Source: a virus | Lineage: Duplodnaviria; Caudoviricetes | Length of the DNA: 64,000 nt | Virus record (IMG/VR): IMGVR_UViG_3300047447_000196 | Coordinates: 10,270-74,269 of that record | Direction: 5' to 3' (one strand) | In this document: one piece after another, positions 34,561-43,042 of the stretch | Numbering within the stretch: the stretch's first letter is position 1 | How the letters are laid out: each line of letters starts with the position of its first letter | The notes under the pieces: model-generated | What the model was told of the DNA's origin: nothing | The model's input: only the letters and a program-made list of their open reading frames with translations | Databases searched by the model: none | Translations under genes and position numbers: made by a program

Positions 34561-35291
34561 TCCCGGACTTCCGCATCCGCTGTTCCTCGCTGGCCACGAT
34601 CATGACCGATCCGCGCTCGATCGACCCGGCCCTCCTTAGCGACCCGGAGCTGGCCGCGATCGCGGCCAAGAAGGTCAAGACCGACGAGGACAAGGCGATC
34701 CTGGCGCCGCTGTTCGACAGCAGCTTATCCAGCGGCGCCAAGACCTACCTCGACAGCCTGGCCAAGGAGTACCTGTACGGCTACAACAACGTCGTGTCCA
34801 GCAAGTACACCGAGAAGGGCCAGATCGTCGAGGACGAGTCGATCCGGCTCTACAACGAGCTGTTCTTCACCAGCTACACGAAGAACACCGAGCGCAAGGT
34901 CAACGCCTGGCTGACCGGCGAGTGCGACATCGACACCGGCGAGGAGATCATCGACATCAAGTCGTCCTGGTCGATGGTGACGTTCCCCGAGCTGCCCGAG
35001 GACGGCCACGACAACGACTACGAATGGCAGGTGCGCGGCTACATGATGCTGTGGAACCGCCCGCGCGCGAAAGTCGCGTACTGCCTGGTCGACACCCCGG
35101 ACGAACTGATCGGCCGCGAGAACCCCGAGATTCACCTGATGGACCGGCTGCCGCTCGACCTGCGCATCACGATCGTCGAGTACGAGCGCGACCGCGCCAA
35201 GGAGCAACGCATCATCCGCCGCGTCGAGGCCGCCCGCCTCTACGTGGCCGACCGCATCGAGCGCGTCCAGCTCGCCCACCGCTACCACTGA
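34557..35291 (+). CDS. Lambda-exonuclease/YqaJ-like PD-(D/E)XK exonuclease (244 aa)
   Basis: IRCSSL..IMT, SKYTEKG..VEDESI, TGECDI, IIDIKSSW, YEWQVRGYMML. Confidence 0.85.
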   Translation: MIPDFRIRCSSLATIMTDPRSIDPALLSDPELAAIAAKKVKTDEDKAILAPLFDSSLSSGAKTYLDSLAKEYLYGYNNVVSSKYTEKGQIVEDESIRLYNELFFTSYTKNTERKVNAWLTGECDIDTGEEIIDIKSSWSMVTFPELPEDGHDNDYEWQVRGYMMLWNRPRAKVAYCLVDTPDELIGRENPEIHLMDRLPLDLRITIVEYERDRAKEQRIIRRVEAARLYVADRIERVQLAHRYH

Positions 35292-35295
35292 CCCC

Positions 35296-35637
35296 ATGAA
35301 CCTGACCATCACCGTCGACAACGTCGAGCAGGCCGACCAGATCATCGAGATCCTGAGCCGCTACACCCGGTTCGAGCAGGCCGATCTCAGTCCGGCGCCG
35401 GCCGAGCAAGCGGGCAGCCGCACCCCGATCACCGACCTCGAACTGGGCAGGCGCGCCTGCAATGTCCTGCGCAGAGCGGGCATCGAGACGATCGAGGAAC
35501 TGCTTTGCTACACGCGCTGGGAACTGCGCCGCATGCCCAACGTGGGCGTGCACACCGTGGACGAAATCACCGAAGTGCTCAGCGACCGCGGCCTGTCGCT
35601 GGGCCAGCCGTACCGCCGCATCCTCATCCCTACCTGA
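35296..35637 (+). CDS. Stand-alone RNA polymerase alpha-subunit C-terminal domain (alpha-CTD) protein
   Basis: [28 protein letters not shown]...[23 protein letters not shown] aligns by eye with the RpoA CTD. Confidence 0.85.
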   Translation: MNLTITVDNVEQADQIIEILSRYTRFEQADLSPAPAEQAGSRTPITDLELGRRACNVLRRAGIETIEELLCYTRWELRRMPNVGVHTVDEITEVLSDRGLSLGQPYRRILIPT

Positions 35638-35656
35638 AAGAAAGGAATCCCTAGAC

Positions 35657-36097
35657 ATGGCATCCGTAAACAAGGTCCTGATCATTGGCAACCTCGGCCG
35701 CGACCCCGAAATGCGCTACATGCCCAGCGGCGATGCGATCGCCAACATCGCCGTGGCCACCTCGTACAAGAGCAAGGACAAGCAGACCGGCGAGGCCAAG
35801 GAGCTGACCGAGTGGCACCGGATCTCGTTCTTCGGCAAGCTCGCCGAGATCGTCGGCCAGTACCTGAAAAAAGGGTCGGCGGTGTATGTCGAGGGCCGCC
35901 TGCAGACCCGCAAGTACACGGACAAGGACGGCGTCGAGCGCTACGCCACCGACATCATCGCGGAAAACATGCAGATGCTCGGCGGCCGCGGCGATGGCGC
36001 GGGACAGGGCAGCGCACCGGCCGCGCGCCCGGCGCCGCAGCAGCAGGGACGCCCGGCGGCCCAGCCGGCTTTCGATGACCAGGACGTGCCGTTCTAG
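35657..36097 (+). CDS. ssb: Single-stranded DNA-binding protein
   Basis: [18 protein letters not shown]...[32 protein letters not shown]; acidic tail DDQDVPF. Confidence 0.97.
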   Translation: MASVNKVLIIGNLGRDPEMRYMPSGDAIANIAVATSYKSKDKQTGEAKELTEWHRISFFGKLAEIVGQYLKKGSAVYVEGRLQTRKYTDKDGVERYATDIIAENMQMLGGRGDGAGQGSAPAARPAPQQQGRPAAQPAFDDQDVPF

Positions 36098-36106
36098 GAG
36101 GCCACC

Positions 36107-36700
36107 ATGCGCGATCTGACCCCCATCGAACAATTCCTGTCCGAGAACCTGGCCAAGCTGTCGGCCCTGCACCGGGACCCCTTCGATTACGACGCCGCCG
36201 CCGGCTACTTCATGGCCGACGTGGCGCGCGCGGTCGCCCAGGTGCTGGGCGAATCGGCGCCGCCGGCCCGCAAGATGCAGTTCACGAACGAGTTCTACAG
36301 GGTGCTGACCTGGTTCGAGGCAGGCAACGTCGCAGAACGGCGCCTGACGCCGTTCGCGCCGCCGGCGCCGCCCCTGCCGCCGCCCGAGGAGCACCCGGCC
36401 TGGGTGCAGCAGTTCCTCCTGGACTCCGACGTCGACCTCACGCCCGCACAGATGATCGCGGCGCGCCGCACGCTGCCGCTGCGCCAGAAGGACGTGGCCA
36501 GGCAGATCAACGTCAGCCAGTGGTGGATCAGCCGCTGGGAGCTGGGCGAGGACAAGCCGACCCGCGAGCAGCTGGTCGCGCTGCGCAAGGCGCTGGAACT
36601 GCCGCCGACCGGCTTCCCGCCGGAACGCATGAACGCCCCCGAGGGCAAGCTGGTGCGCAATCCCCGGCGCCCCGACCAGGCCCCACAGCAGGCCGACTGA
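36107..36700 (+). CDS. Xre-type HTH protein (197 aa, C-terminal HTH)
   Basis: MIAARRTLPLRQKDVARQINVSQWWISRWELGEDKP. Confidence 0.8.
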   Translation: MRDLTPIEQFLSENLAKLSALHRDPFDYDAAAGYFMADVARAVAQVLGESAPPARKMQFTNEFYRVLTWFEAGNVAERRLTPFAPPAPPLPPPEEHPAWVQQFLLDSDVDLTPAQMIAARRTLPLRQKDVARQINVSQWWISRWELGEDKPTREQLVALRKALELPPTGFPPERMNAPEGKLVRNPRRPDQAPQQAD

Positions 36701-36711
36701 CAGGAGACCCC

Positions 36712-37065
36712 ATGAGCGAGCACAACCTGGATGATGCCCCGGGCATCGTCTACCACCCCGAGGACGACGGCAAGCCCTGCCTGGGCTGCTTCGTCGGCGC
36801 GATCTTCGATTCGCTGACCGAGACCGACCTGGTCAACCTGCCGACCGCCGTCGACGACATGGACGGCGTGGAGGACGAGGACCCGCGCGACGTCGAATTC
36901 GCGCGCAAGCTCGGCGCGACCTTCGCCATCGTCGCCGACAAGCTGGCCGCGCTGGCGGTGCAGCTGGTGGGCGACGACGCCGAGGTGCTGATCGAGCCGT
37001 TCCACGAACGCCTGGACCACATGATCGTGCTGATCAACTCCAAAGGAGAAGGCCATGTCCACTGA
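36712..37065 (+). CDS. Acidic hypothetical protein, paralog A (117 aa)
   Basis: AGGAG RBS; DDGKPCLGCF..AIFDSL. Confidence 0.75.
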   Translation: MSEHNLDDAPGIVYHPEDDGKPCLGCFVGAIFDSLTETDLVNLPTAVDDMDGVEDEDPRDVEFARKLGATFAIVADKLAALAVQLVGDDAEVLIEPFHERLDHMIVLINSKGEGHVH

Positions 37066-37453
37066 CCTGCACTGCCCGAGCTTTCACAGCGGCTTCTTCG
37101 TGCGCCACGAGAAAGGCGGCCACCCGGAAGACCTGGTCACGATCGAGCGCGACGACAACGGCATGCCGTGCTTCGCCTGCTTCTTCGAGGCCATGTTCGA
37201 GTCGCTGCCCCTCGACAAGTACAAGGAGCTGGCCAGGATCGACGTCAGCGGCCTGGAAGACGACATCGGGGCGCTCGCGGTGCGTACCGGCGCGACGTTC
37301 GCCTACTTGGCCGACGCGATCGCCTGGGTGCTGGCGCGCGGCCTGTCGGTCCCGGAGGAGACCGTGCCGCTGCTGGTCGACCGCCTGTACAAGGCCATCA
37401 AGATCGCGGTCGACGACATGCAGGCGGAAGGCGTGGAGCCGCTGGTTCGCTGA
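37055..37453 (+). CDS. Acidic hypothetical protein, paralog B (132 aa)
   Basis: DDNGMPCFACF..AMFESL. Confidence 0.75.
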   Translation: MSTDLHCPSFHSGFFVRHEKGGHPEDLVTIERDDNGMPCFACFFEAMFESLPLDKYKELARIDVSGLEDDIGALAVRTGATFAYLADAIAWVLARGLSVPEETVPLLVDRLYKAIKIAVDDMQAEGVEPLVR

Positions 37454-37845
37454 TGCAGCGCCTGTTCGTCCTGCGCGAAGCCGCGCACCTGGCCAGCCTG
37501 GTCGCGTTCCTGGGCGCGAACTGGCAGGCCTTCGCGCGCGAGGGCAGGTTCCTTGCCGTGACGGTCACGCTATATAAGAGCAAACGTTCGCTCGACCAGA
37601 ACCGGCGCTATTTCGGGCCGGCCGTCCTCGGCGCGATCGAGGAACAGGCCTGGATCGACGGGCGCCAGTACAGCAAAGAGGTGTGGCACGAGCAGTTCAA
37701 ACGCCAGTTCATCGGCACCATCGACCTGCCGGACGGCTCGACGATGGCCATGTCCTCGACCGACCTGTCGGTCGAGGAGTTCAGCCGGTTCATGCAGGAG
37801 GTCGAAGTCTACGCCGCCAGCATGCTCGGCGTGCAGTTCCCCTGA
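37453..37845 (+). CDS. ninB: NinB/Orf-family recombination protein (130 aa)
   Basis: KRSLDQNRRY...WHEQFK..F...STDLSVEEFS.FM..VE..A...GV.F. Confidence 0.85.
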   Translation: MQRLFVLREAAHLASLVAFLGANWQAFAREGRFLAVTVTLYKSKRSLDQNRRYFGPAVLGAIEEQAWIDGRQYSKEVWHEQFKRQFIGTIDLPDGSTMAMSSTDLSVEEFSRFMQEVEVYAASMLGVQFP

Positions 37846-37863
37846 AACCCTATAGGAGGTCCC

Positions 37864-38121
37864 ATGCCCCGCAAGAAACCCGACCCGCGCCAACAGAACG
37901 CCAACAACCTGCTCGACAAGCTGCTCGAAGTCCTGGGCTGCAAGAACGACGCCGCCATGTGCCGCGTGATGTCGATCGCGCCGCCGGTGATCAGCAAGAT
38001 GCGCCACCTGCACCTGCCGGTGTCGGCCAACTTCCTGATCGCCGCGCACGACGCCAGCGGCCTGTCGATCAACGAGCTGCGCGCGCTGCTGTACGCGCCG
38101 CTCGAGACCGCCCCGGCCTGA
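37864..38121 (+). CDS. Small HTH protein resembling an Oxalobacteraceae family (85 aa)
   Basis: N.LLD.L...L..KNDAA..R...IAPPVISK.RH..LPV.A.FLI..H..SGLSI.ELR.L. Confidence 0.75.
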   Translation: MPRKKPDPRQQNANNLLDKLLEVLGCKNDAAMCRVMSIAPPVISKMRHLHLPVSANFLIAAHDASGLSINELRALLYAPLETAPA

Positions 38122-38675
38122 TGGGCGAGAGCAGCCTGCCGGCACGGCGTGTCATCACGATCGTGCCCGTCACCGACCTGGCCCTGGTGCAGCGCGCGGC
38201 CGAAATGACCACGCACGGCCAGCCGGTCAAGGCCCCGCTCAAGGCCTGGTATCGCACCGAGCACAGCCCAATCCGGGCGCGCGTGTTCTGGATCGAGCTG
38301 GCCGCGATCCCGACCTTCGTGTCGGTCCACCTGGTCCGGCACAAGCATGGTGTCGAGCACTTCGTGCAGAGCATGCGCGACGACCGCGGCGGGGCGGGCG
38401 ATGATGTCGTCAACCGCAACACCCCAGTCAACCACGGCATGCTGGTCAACGCCCAGGCCCTCATCACCATGAGCCGAAAACGCCTGTGCTACAACGCCTC
38501 CGGCAAGACGGTCGCCACCTGGCGCCGCGTGCGCAAGGAAATGATCGAGGTCGACGCCGACCTGGCGCGCTACATGGTGCCCGAGTGCGTCTACCGCAAC
38601 GGCATCTGCCCGGAGTTCAGGGAGTGCAAGCCGGGCCTTGAACGGGTATTGCGGGCCTACCGCGAGCATGGCTGA
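38121..38675 (+). CDS. ThyX-like flavin-dependent thymidylate synthase, phage type (184 aa)
   Basis: EHSPIR, VSVHLVRH..G..HFVQS.R.DR, NAQALI.MSRKRLC, VPECVYRNG.CPE. Confidence 0.7.
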   Translation: MGESSLPARRVITIVPVTDLALVQRAAEMTTHGQPVKAPLKAWYRTEHSPIRARVFWIELAAIPTFVSVHLVRHKHGVEHFVQSMRDDRGGAGDDVVNRNTPVNHGMLVNAQALITMSRKRLCYNASGKTVATWRRVRKEMIEVDADLARYMVPECVYRNGICPEFRECKPGLERVLRAYREHG

Positions 38676-38682
38676 GAGAGGG

Positions 38683-38705
38683 GGGGTGTAATAGTATTAC
38701 ACCCC
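38683..38705. promoter_or_regulatory. Candidate parS centromere site 1
   Basis: Perfect palindrome GGGGTGTAATA-G-TATTACACCCC upstream of parA. Confidence 0.75.
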
Positions 38706-38778
38706 TCGTTTTATCCAAGTGGTAATTTTCGCTGATCCGTGGGATAATTTCCTTTTCCCAACCACGGAGCAGTGAAAA

Positions 38779-39591
38779 ATGGCGAAAACCGCAGCGGTGG
38801 TCAACCACAAGGGCGGCGTCAACAAGACGTTCGTTGTCACCTCCGGGGCGGACGCCCTGGCGCGCGAAGGGCTGGACGTGCTGGTGGTCGACCTCGATCC
38901 GCAGGCGCACGCGACGGCCCTGATCTACAGCTTCACCGAAGTGCCAAAGGTGCCGGTCGAGCGCGTGCTGGCTGGCCAGGCCTCGATCGCCGAGGCGATC
39001 ATTACCGAGACCCGGATTCCGGGCGTGCACCTGCTCGGCTCGACGCTGAAACTGGCGAACCTGGAACGTGAGCTGCTGTACGCGAACCCGTTCAACGCCA
39101 CGCGCCTGCTGGCCGAGAAGCTGGCCTTGGTGGCCGACGCCTACGACGTGATCCTGATCGACTGTCCGCCGTCGCTGGGCCTGCTCAGCGCCAACGCGCT
39201 GGCCAGTGCCGACATGGTGATGGTGCCGGTCGAATCCGGCTCGAAGCTGTCCCTGATCGGTTCGGACGACATCCTGGGCTTCATCCGCCAGGCCAAGACC
39301 ATCAACCAGAAGCTGCAGTTCGGCGGCGCGATCCTCACCAAGCACGATGGCCGCAAGCAGGTGTGCCGGATCGTCGCCAACGAGGTCAAGGCCTGCTTCG
39401 GCGACGTGTTCGAGACGGCGCTGCCGGAAAGCACCGACGTCAGGAAGGCGCAGCTGATCGGCAAGACCATCCTGCAGCTGGACAAGGACCACACCGTCTC
39501 GCGCGTGACCGTGCGGCTGATGCGCGAGCTGATGGGCAAGCTGGACATTGTCGCGCGCCGCAAGCAGGAGGAGCTGGCCCATGCCGAGTAA
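38779..39591 (+). CDS. parA: ParA partition ATPase (270 aa)
   Basis: VNHKGGVNKT deviant Walker A, VLVVDLDPQAHAT, YDVILIDCPPSLG, ANALASAD...VP. Confidence 0.95.
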   Translation: MAKTAAVVNHKGGVNKTFVVTSGADALAREGLDVLVVDLDPQAHATALIYSFTEVPKVPVERVLAGQASIAEAIITETRIPGVHLLGSTLKLANLERELLYANPFNATRLLAEKLALVADAYDVILIDCPPSLGLLSANALASADMVMVPVESGSKLSLIGSDDILGFIRQAKTINQKLQFGGAILTKHDGRKQVCRIVANEVKACFGDVFETALPESTDVRKAQLIGKTILQLDKDHTVSRVTVRLMRELMGKLDIVARRKQEELAHAE

Positions 39592-40483
39592 GCTGGAAAA
39601 GGAACTGATGGCCGGCGCCGCCGACCGCCGCACCCCGGAACAGGTCGACACCCTGCTCGCGGGCACCATTTTCGGCAAGATGGGCAACGACACGGTGCCG
39701 CCGCAGCTGCTCAAACTGACCTCGCTGGTCGCCTCGCGCTTCCAGAGCCGCGGCAGCAAGGACAAGGCGCACATCGAGGTGCTGGCCGAGAGCATCCGCA
39801 CCGAGGGCCTGCACGACCCGATCATCGTGCGCCCGGTCGCGGCCCCGGAGGGGTGTAATAGTATTACACCCTGGTTCGAGATCGTGGCCGGCCACAACCG
39901 GGTCGACGCCTACAAGGCGCTGGGCTGGACCGAGATCCCCGCGTTCGTGCGCAACTACAGCGACACCGAGGCGGCGCGCACGCTGACCACCGAGAACACC
40001 CACCGCAAGGGCCTGGACGACTGGGAGCTGTACAAGCACATGGTCATGCTGCGCGAGGCCGGCGTGGCCACCACCAGTACCGAACTGGGCCGCCTGCTCA
40101 ACGTCAACCGCGTCGTGGTCACGTACCTTGACGCCTTTGGCGTGCTGCCCGAGGCCGCGCAGCAGCTGCTCGATGCCCATTTCAACCTGGTCGGCTACAA
40201 CCTGGCGCAAAAGCTCAAGCCGTACTGCCCGCAGCATGCGCTGCTGGTGTTCGATGCCCTGGTCCTGCTGGCCAAGGGCAAGCTGACGCAGGCCGGCGTG
40301 CCGGCGTGGATCGAGGAGAAGGCCAACCCGCGCGCGACCAAACCGAGGAAGGACCTCGAGCTGGGCGGCGGCGTGCGCCTGATCGTCACCGCCGACACCG
40401 CCCGCTTTTCCGGCAATCTCGACTTCGACGCCCTGCACAAGCTGGTCGAGGAGAACTTGCCGCGGCTGCTTAAAAGTCACTAA
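39581..40483 (+). CDS. parB: ParB/RepB/Spo0J-family partition protein (300 aa)
   Basis: LAESIRTEGLHDPIIVRP...EIVAGHNR..AYK.LG..EIPA.V...EN..RK.L. Confidence 0.9.
   Translation: MPSKLEKELMAGAADRRTPEQVDTLLAGTIFGKMGNDTVPPQLLKLTSLVASRFQSRGSKDKAHIEVLAESIRTEGLHDPIIVRPVAAPEGCNSITPWFEIVAGHNRVDAYKALGWTEIPAFVRNYSDTEAARTLTTENTHRKGLDDWELYKHMVMLREAGVATTSTELGRLLNVNRVVVTYLDAFGVLPEAAQQLLDAHFNLVGYNLAQKLKPYCPQHALLVFDALVLLAKGKLTQAGVPAWIEEKANPRATKPRKDLELGGGVRLIVTADTARFSGNLDFDALHKLVEENLPRLLKSH
39851..39871. promoter_or_regulatory. Candidate parS centromere site 2, inside parB
   Basis: GGGTGTAATA-G-TATTACACCC, identical core to site 1. Confidence 0.75.
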
Positions 40484-40584
40484 AAGTCACACATTCTCAC
40501 GCTACGCGCGACACATAAAAACGCTTGCGGTCATTGATAACACTCAATAATAATGATGTATGTTCCATACCGTCAATTACAACC

Positions 40585-40956
40585 ATGATCAAAGTCCCTG
40601 AACGTTTTCGCGTCACCAGCGGCACCTACGGCACCACCAGCGAGGCCGGCTGCAACGGCCTGTTCATGGTCAAGCTCGCGCGCAACCAGACGCTGCGCGT
40701 GATCTGCTCGGACAAACTTGGTTGGGAGCATGTGTCGGTCTCGCGCCAGGACCGTTGCCCGACGTGGGAAGAAATGTGCGCGGTAAAGGAATTGTTCTGG
40801 GACCCGGAGGACACGGTGATGCAGCTGCATGTGCCGCGCTCGTCATGGATCTCGAACCACTCGTTCTGCCTTCATCTTTGGCGGCCGCTCGACCTCGAGA
40901 TCCCGCGCCCGCCGGACATCTTCGTCGGCGTGGCCAGCCTGGGCACCATCAAATGA
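40585..40956 (+). CDS. Conserved phage protein (123 aa; GWEHVSVS...PTWEEMC.VK.LFW...CLHLW)
   Basis: Recognisable motif family; start at MIKVPE. Confidence 0.85.
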   Translation: MIKVPERFRVTSGTYGTTSEAGCNGLFMVKLARNQTLRVICSDKLGWEHVSVSRQDRCPTWEEMCAVKELFWDPEDTVMQLHVPRSSWISNHSFCLHLWRPLDLEIPRPPDIFVGVASLGTIK

Positions 40957-41105
40957 ACATCCCCGAACCCGACGTCGACATGACGCTCACCATGCCCTGG
41001 CCCTTGATCTGCCGGCTGGCCTGCCAGGCGCGCGTGCGCGGCATCAGCCTGGGCCAGCTGGTCGGCGAAGCGCTGGCCGAGCATCTGGCGCGGAGCGCGG
41101 CATGA
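40953..41105 (+). CDS. Small ribbon-helix-helix-like protein (50 aa)
   Basis: MTLTMP..L..RL...A...GISLGQLV.EAL..HL pattern. Confidence 0.6.
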   Translation: MNIPEPDVDMTLTMPWPLICRLACQARVRGISLGQLVGEALAEHLARSAA

Positions 41106-41524
41106 GCGACGACCAGCTGGAGCGCATGCGCCGCATCGCCTACCTGCACGGCGTAGTCGCGGTGCTGATCGACGAGCTGGACCGGATCTACAAGCCCGGC
41201 CGCTTCATCCTCTGGCAGATGCTGGAGAACGGGCGCGGCAAGCGCCTGCTGTTCCAGGCAGACGCGGTGCTGTCCGAGATCGCGCGCCTGGAAGGCGTCG
41301 AGCGCACGCCGCTTGAGCCGATCAGCGTCAGGATGCCATGGTTCCACCCGCTGACCTGGCTGGGCCTGCAGTGGGGACTCGGAATCTTCCAGGCCTACAT
41401 GGCGATCGACTACGCGCTGGACGGGCGCTGGGGCTGGGCCGCGTTCAACGCCAGCGGCGTGCTGGCCTGCCTGTGCTGGCGCCTGCCCTCATTCAAACTG
41501 GCCAAACAAGGAAGATGGATATGA
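41102..41524 (+). CDS. Membrane protein (140 aa, two C-terminal TM helices)
   Basis: ATGA overlap; Trp-rich hydrophobic C-terminus. Confidence 0.65.
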   Translation: MSDDQLERMRRIAYLHGVVAVLIDELDRIYKPGRFILWQMLENGRGKRLLFQADAVLSEIARLEGVERTPLEPISVRMPWFHPLTWLGLQWGLGIFQAYMAIDYALDGRWGWAAFNASGVLACLCWRLPSFKLAKQGRWI

Positions 41525-41805
41525 CGCACGAATTCATGACACGCAAGCTGGCCAAGAAGGAGCACGAGTTCCTGATCGCCGTGGTCGACCTGGCGCAGAA
41601 GCACGGCCTGTCGCCGGCCGATGCGCTGCCGCTGTTCGGCCACGTCGCGCGCATGGCCGCGATGAGCCGGCACCAACGGCACGGCACCCCACTGGACGAG
41701 GCGACCATCACCGCGCTCGAAATGGTGCTGGCCGGCGCCGGCGCGGTCGCCGACCGCATCATGCTGGCCGACCCCGCCACCACCCCCGAAAGGAACGCGC
41801 ACTGA
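41521..41805 (+). CDS. Helical hypothetical protein, paralog family B1 (94 aa)
   Basis: FLIAVVDLAQKHGLSPADALPLFGHVAR. Confidence 0.7.
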   Translation: MTHEFMTRKLAKKEHEFLIAVVDLAQKHGLSPADALPLFGHVARMAAMSRHQRHGTPLDEATITALEMVLAGAGAVADRIMLADPATTPERNAH

Positions 41806-42125
41806 TGAACAAGAAAAAAGAACGCACCCCCCACGAGCTGGCCGAGGACGCGCAGAAGTTCCTGGAAGCGATCGCCGACCAGATGAAGCGCCTGGAGATC
41901 CAGCCGGGCCTGGTGTTCAGCCTGTTCGGCTACTTCGCGCGCAGCATGGTCGACTACAAGGTCGACGAGGAAGGCGTCGACCGCGACCAGATCACCATCG
42001 CGGTCCTGAAGGACTTCACCAATGGCCTCGGGGTCAAGGGCGGCTTCGTCGAGATGCGCGGCGAAATGGCCGAGCAGGTCAAGGCGCAGTTCGAGCGGCA
42101 GCACGACGACAAACCACTACAGTGA
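41805..42125 (+). CDS. Helical hypothetical protein, paralog family B2 (106 aa)
   Basis: FLEAIADQMKRLEIQPGLVFSLFGYFAR. Confidence 0.7.
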   Translation: MNKKKERTPHELAEDAQKFLEAIADQMKRLEIQPGLVFSLFGYFARSMVDYKVDEEGVDRDQITIAVLKDFTNGLGVKGGFVEMRGEMAEQVKAQFERQHDDKPLQ

Positions 42126-42132
42126 GGACACC

Positions 42133-42618
42133 ATGAACGATGGAATGATTGTCTCGCGCTGGATCATCGGCGCGACCTGCGACGACGAGCACCTGGCCAA
42201 GATCCGCGAGGCCAACCCGGACATGCCGCCGCACGCCGTGGTGAGCCTGTCGGTGATGGAGACGACCGCCTCGCGCGGCGCGCGTTCCAGGCGCGTGCTG
42301 TGCTGCTGGGCCGGGGGCGATGTCACGGACAAGGGCGAGATCCTGATCTCGCTGATCGGCGAGGCGGCCGTCAACGCCCTCATGCGCCTGCCGGCCTGCA
42401 TGGACGACCAGCTGACCAAGAAGGGCACGCTGGTGTTCCGCCAGGTGAAACTCGGCAAGACGCCGCTGCGCGACAAGGTGATCGACGCGGTGCTGGAAGC
42501 CAAGCCGGGCGAGCGCCTGTGCTTCATCGGCGACCTGGCCAAGGAACTCGACGGGCAGATGGCGCCGACCTTCAACATCATGGACGGCGAACCGATCATT
42601 TTGGAGGACAACCTGTGA
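42133..42618 (+). CDS. Hypothetical protein (161 aa)
   Basis: GAGG RBS; C-terminal part of track ORF 42022..42618. Confidence 0.7.
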   Translation: MNDGMIVSRWIIGATCDDEHLAKIREANPDMPPHAVVSLSVMETTASRGARSRRVLCCWAGGDVTDKGEILISLIGEAAVNALMRLPACMDDQLTKKGTLVFRQVKLGKTPLRDKVIDAVLEAKPGERLCFIGDLAKELDGQMAPTFNIMDGEPIILEDNL

Positions 42619-42866
42619 TGAGCGGACCACGCCCCGAGGTCGAGAGGAAGTTCGGCTCCGACGTGATCGACCTGGCGCAGGCCGCCGGCATGTCGCCGGA
42701 GCAGATGCTGGTGGCGTTCGGCCGCATGGCCCGGCATGTCGCGCAGCTGCAGGTCGAGGACGGCCGCACGCACGGCGACGCGATGCACCAGGTGCTCAGC
42801 CAGCTGATGATCGGCCTGGGCTTCCACATGGAGAAGATCGACGGCGACGAGGGGCCAGTCCATTGA
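42618..42866 (+). CDS. Helical hypothetical protein, paralog family B3 (82 aa)
   Basis: FGSDVIDLAQAAGMSPEQMLVAFGRMAR. Confidence 0.7.
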   Translation: MSGPRPEVERKFGSDVIDLAQAAGMSPEQMLVAFGRMARHVAQLQVEDGRTHGDAMHQVLSQLMIGLGFHMEKIDGDEGPVH

Positions 42867-43042
42867 ACCCGGTCCTGCAAACCAAGCTACTGCTCATCGT
42901 GGTCCTGGCCGGCGCCGTGATCTCGACCGCCGCATGGCAGTGGACCGGCGCCTGGGCCAGCGTGGCCACCTTCGGCGGCGCACTGGCGGCCGGCATGGCG
43001 GCCGGGCGTGTCACCCGCATCGTGATCCGGGCCACCGAATGA
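42863..43042 (+). CDS. Small two-TM membrane protein (59 aa, TTG start)
   Basis: Read manually: LNPVLQTKLLLIVVLAGAVISTAAWQWTGAWASVATFGGALAAG...; overlaps both neighbours by 4 nt. Confidence 0.55.
   Translation: MNPVLQTKLLLIVVLAGAVISTAAWQWTGAWASVATFGGALAAGMAAGRVTRIVIRATE

Noticed and set aside
40471-40490. TAAAAGTCAC x2 at the end of parB
   Set aside because: Only two copies and no other occurrences noticed; insufficient to call a centromere or operator.
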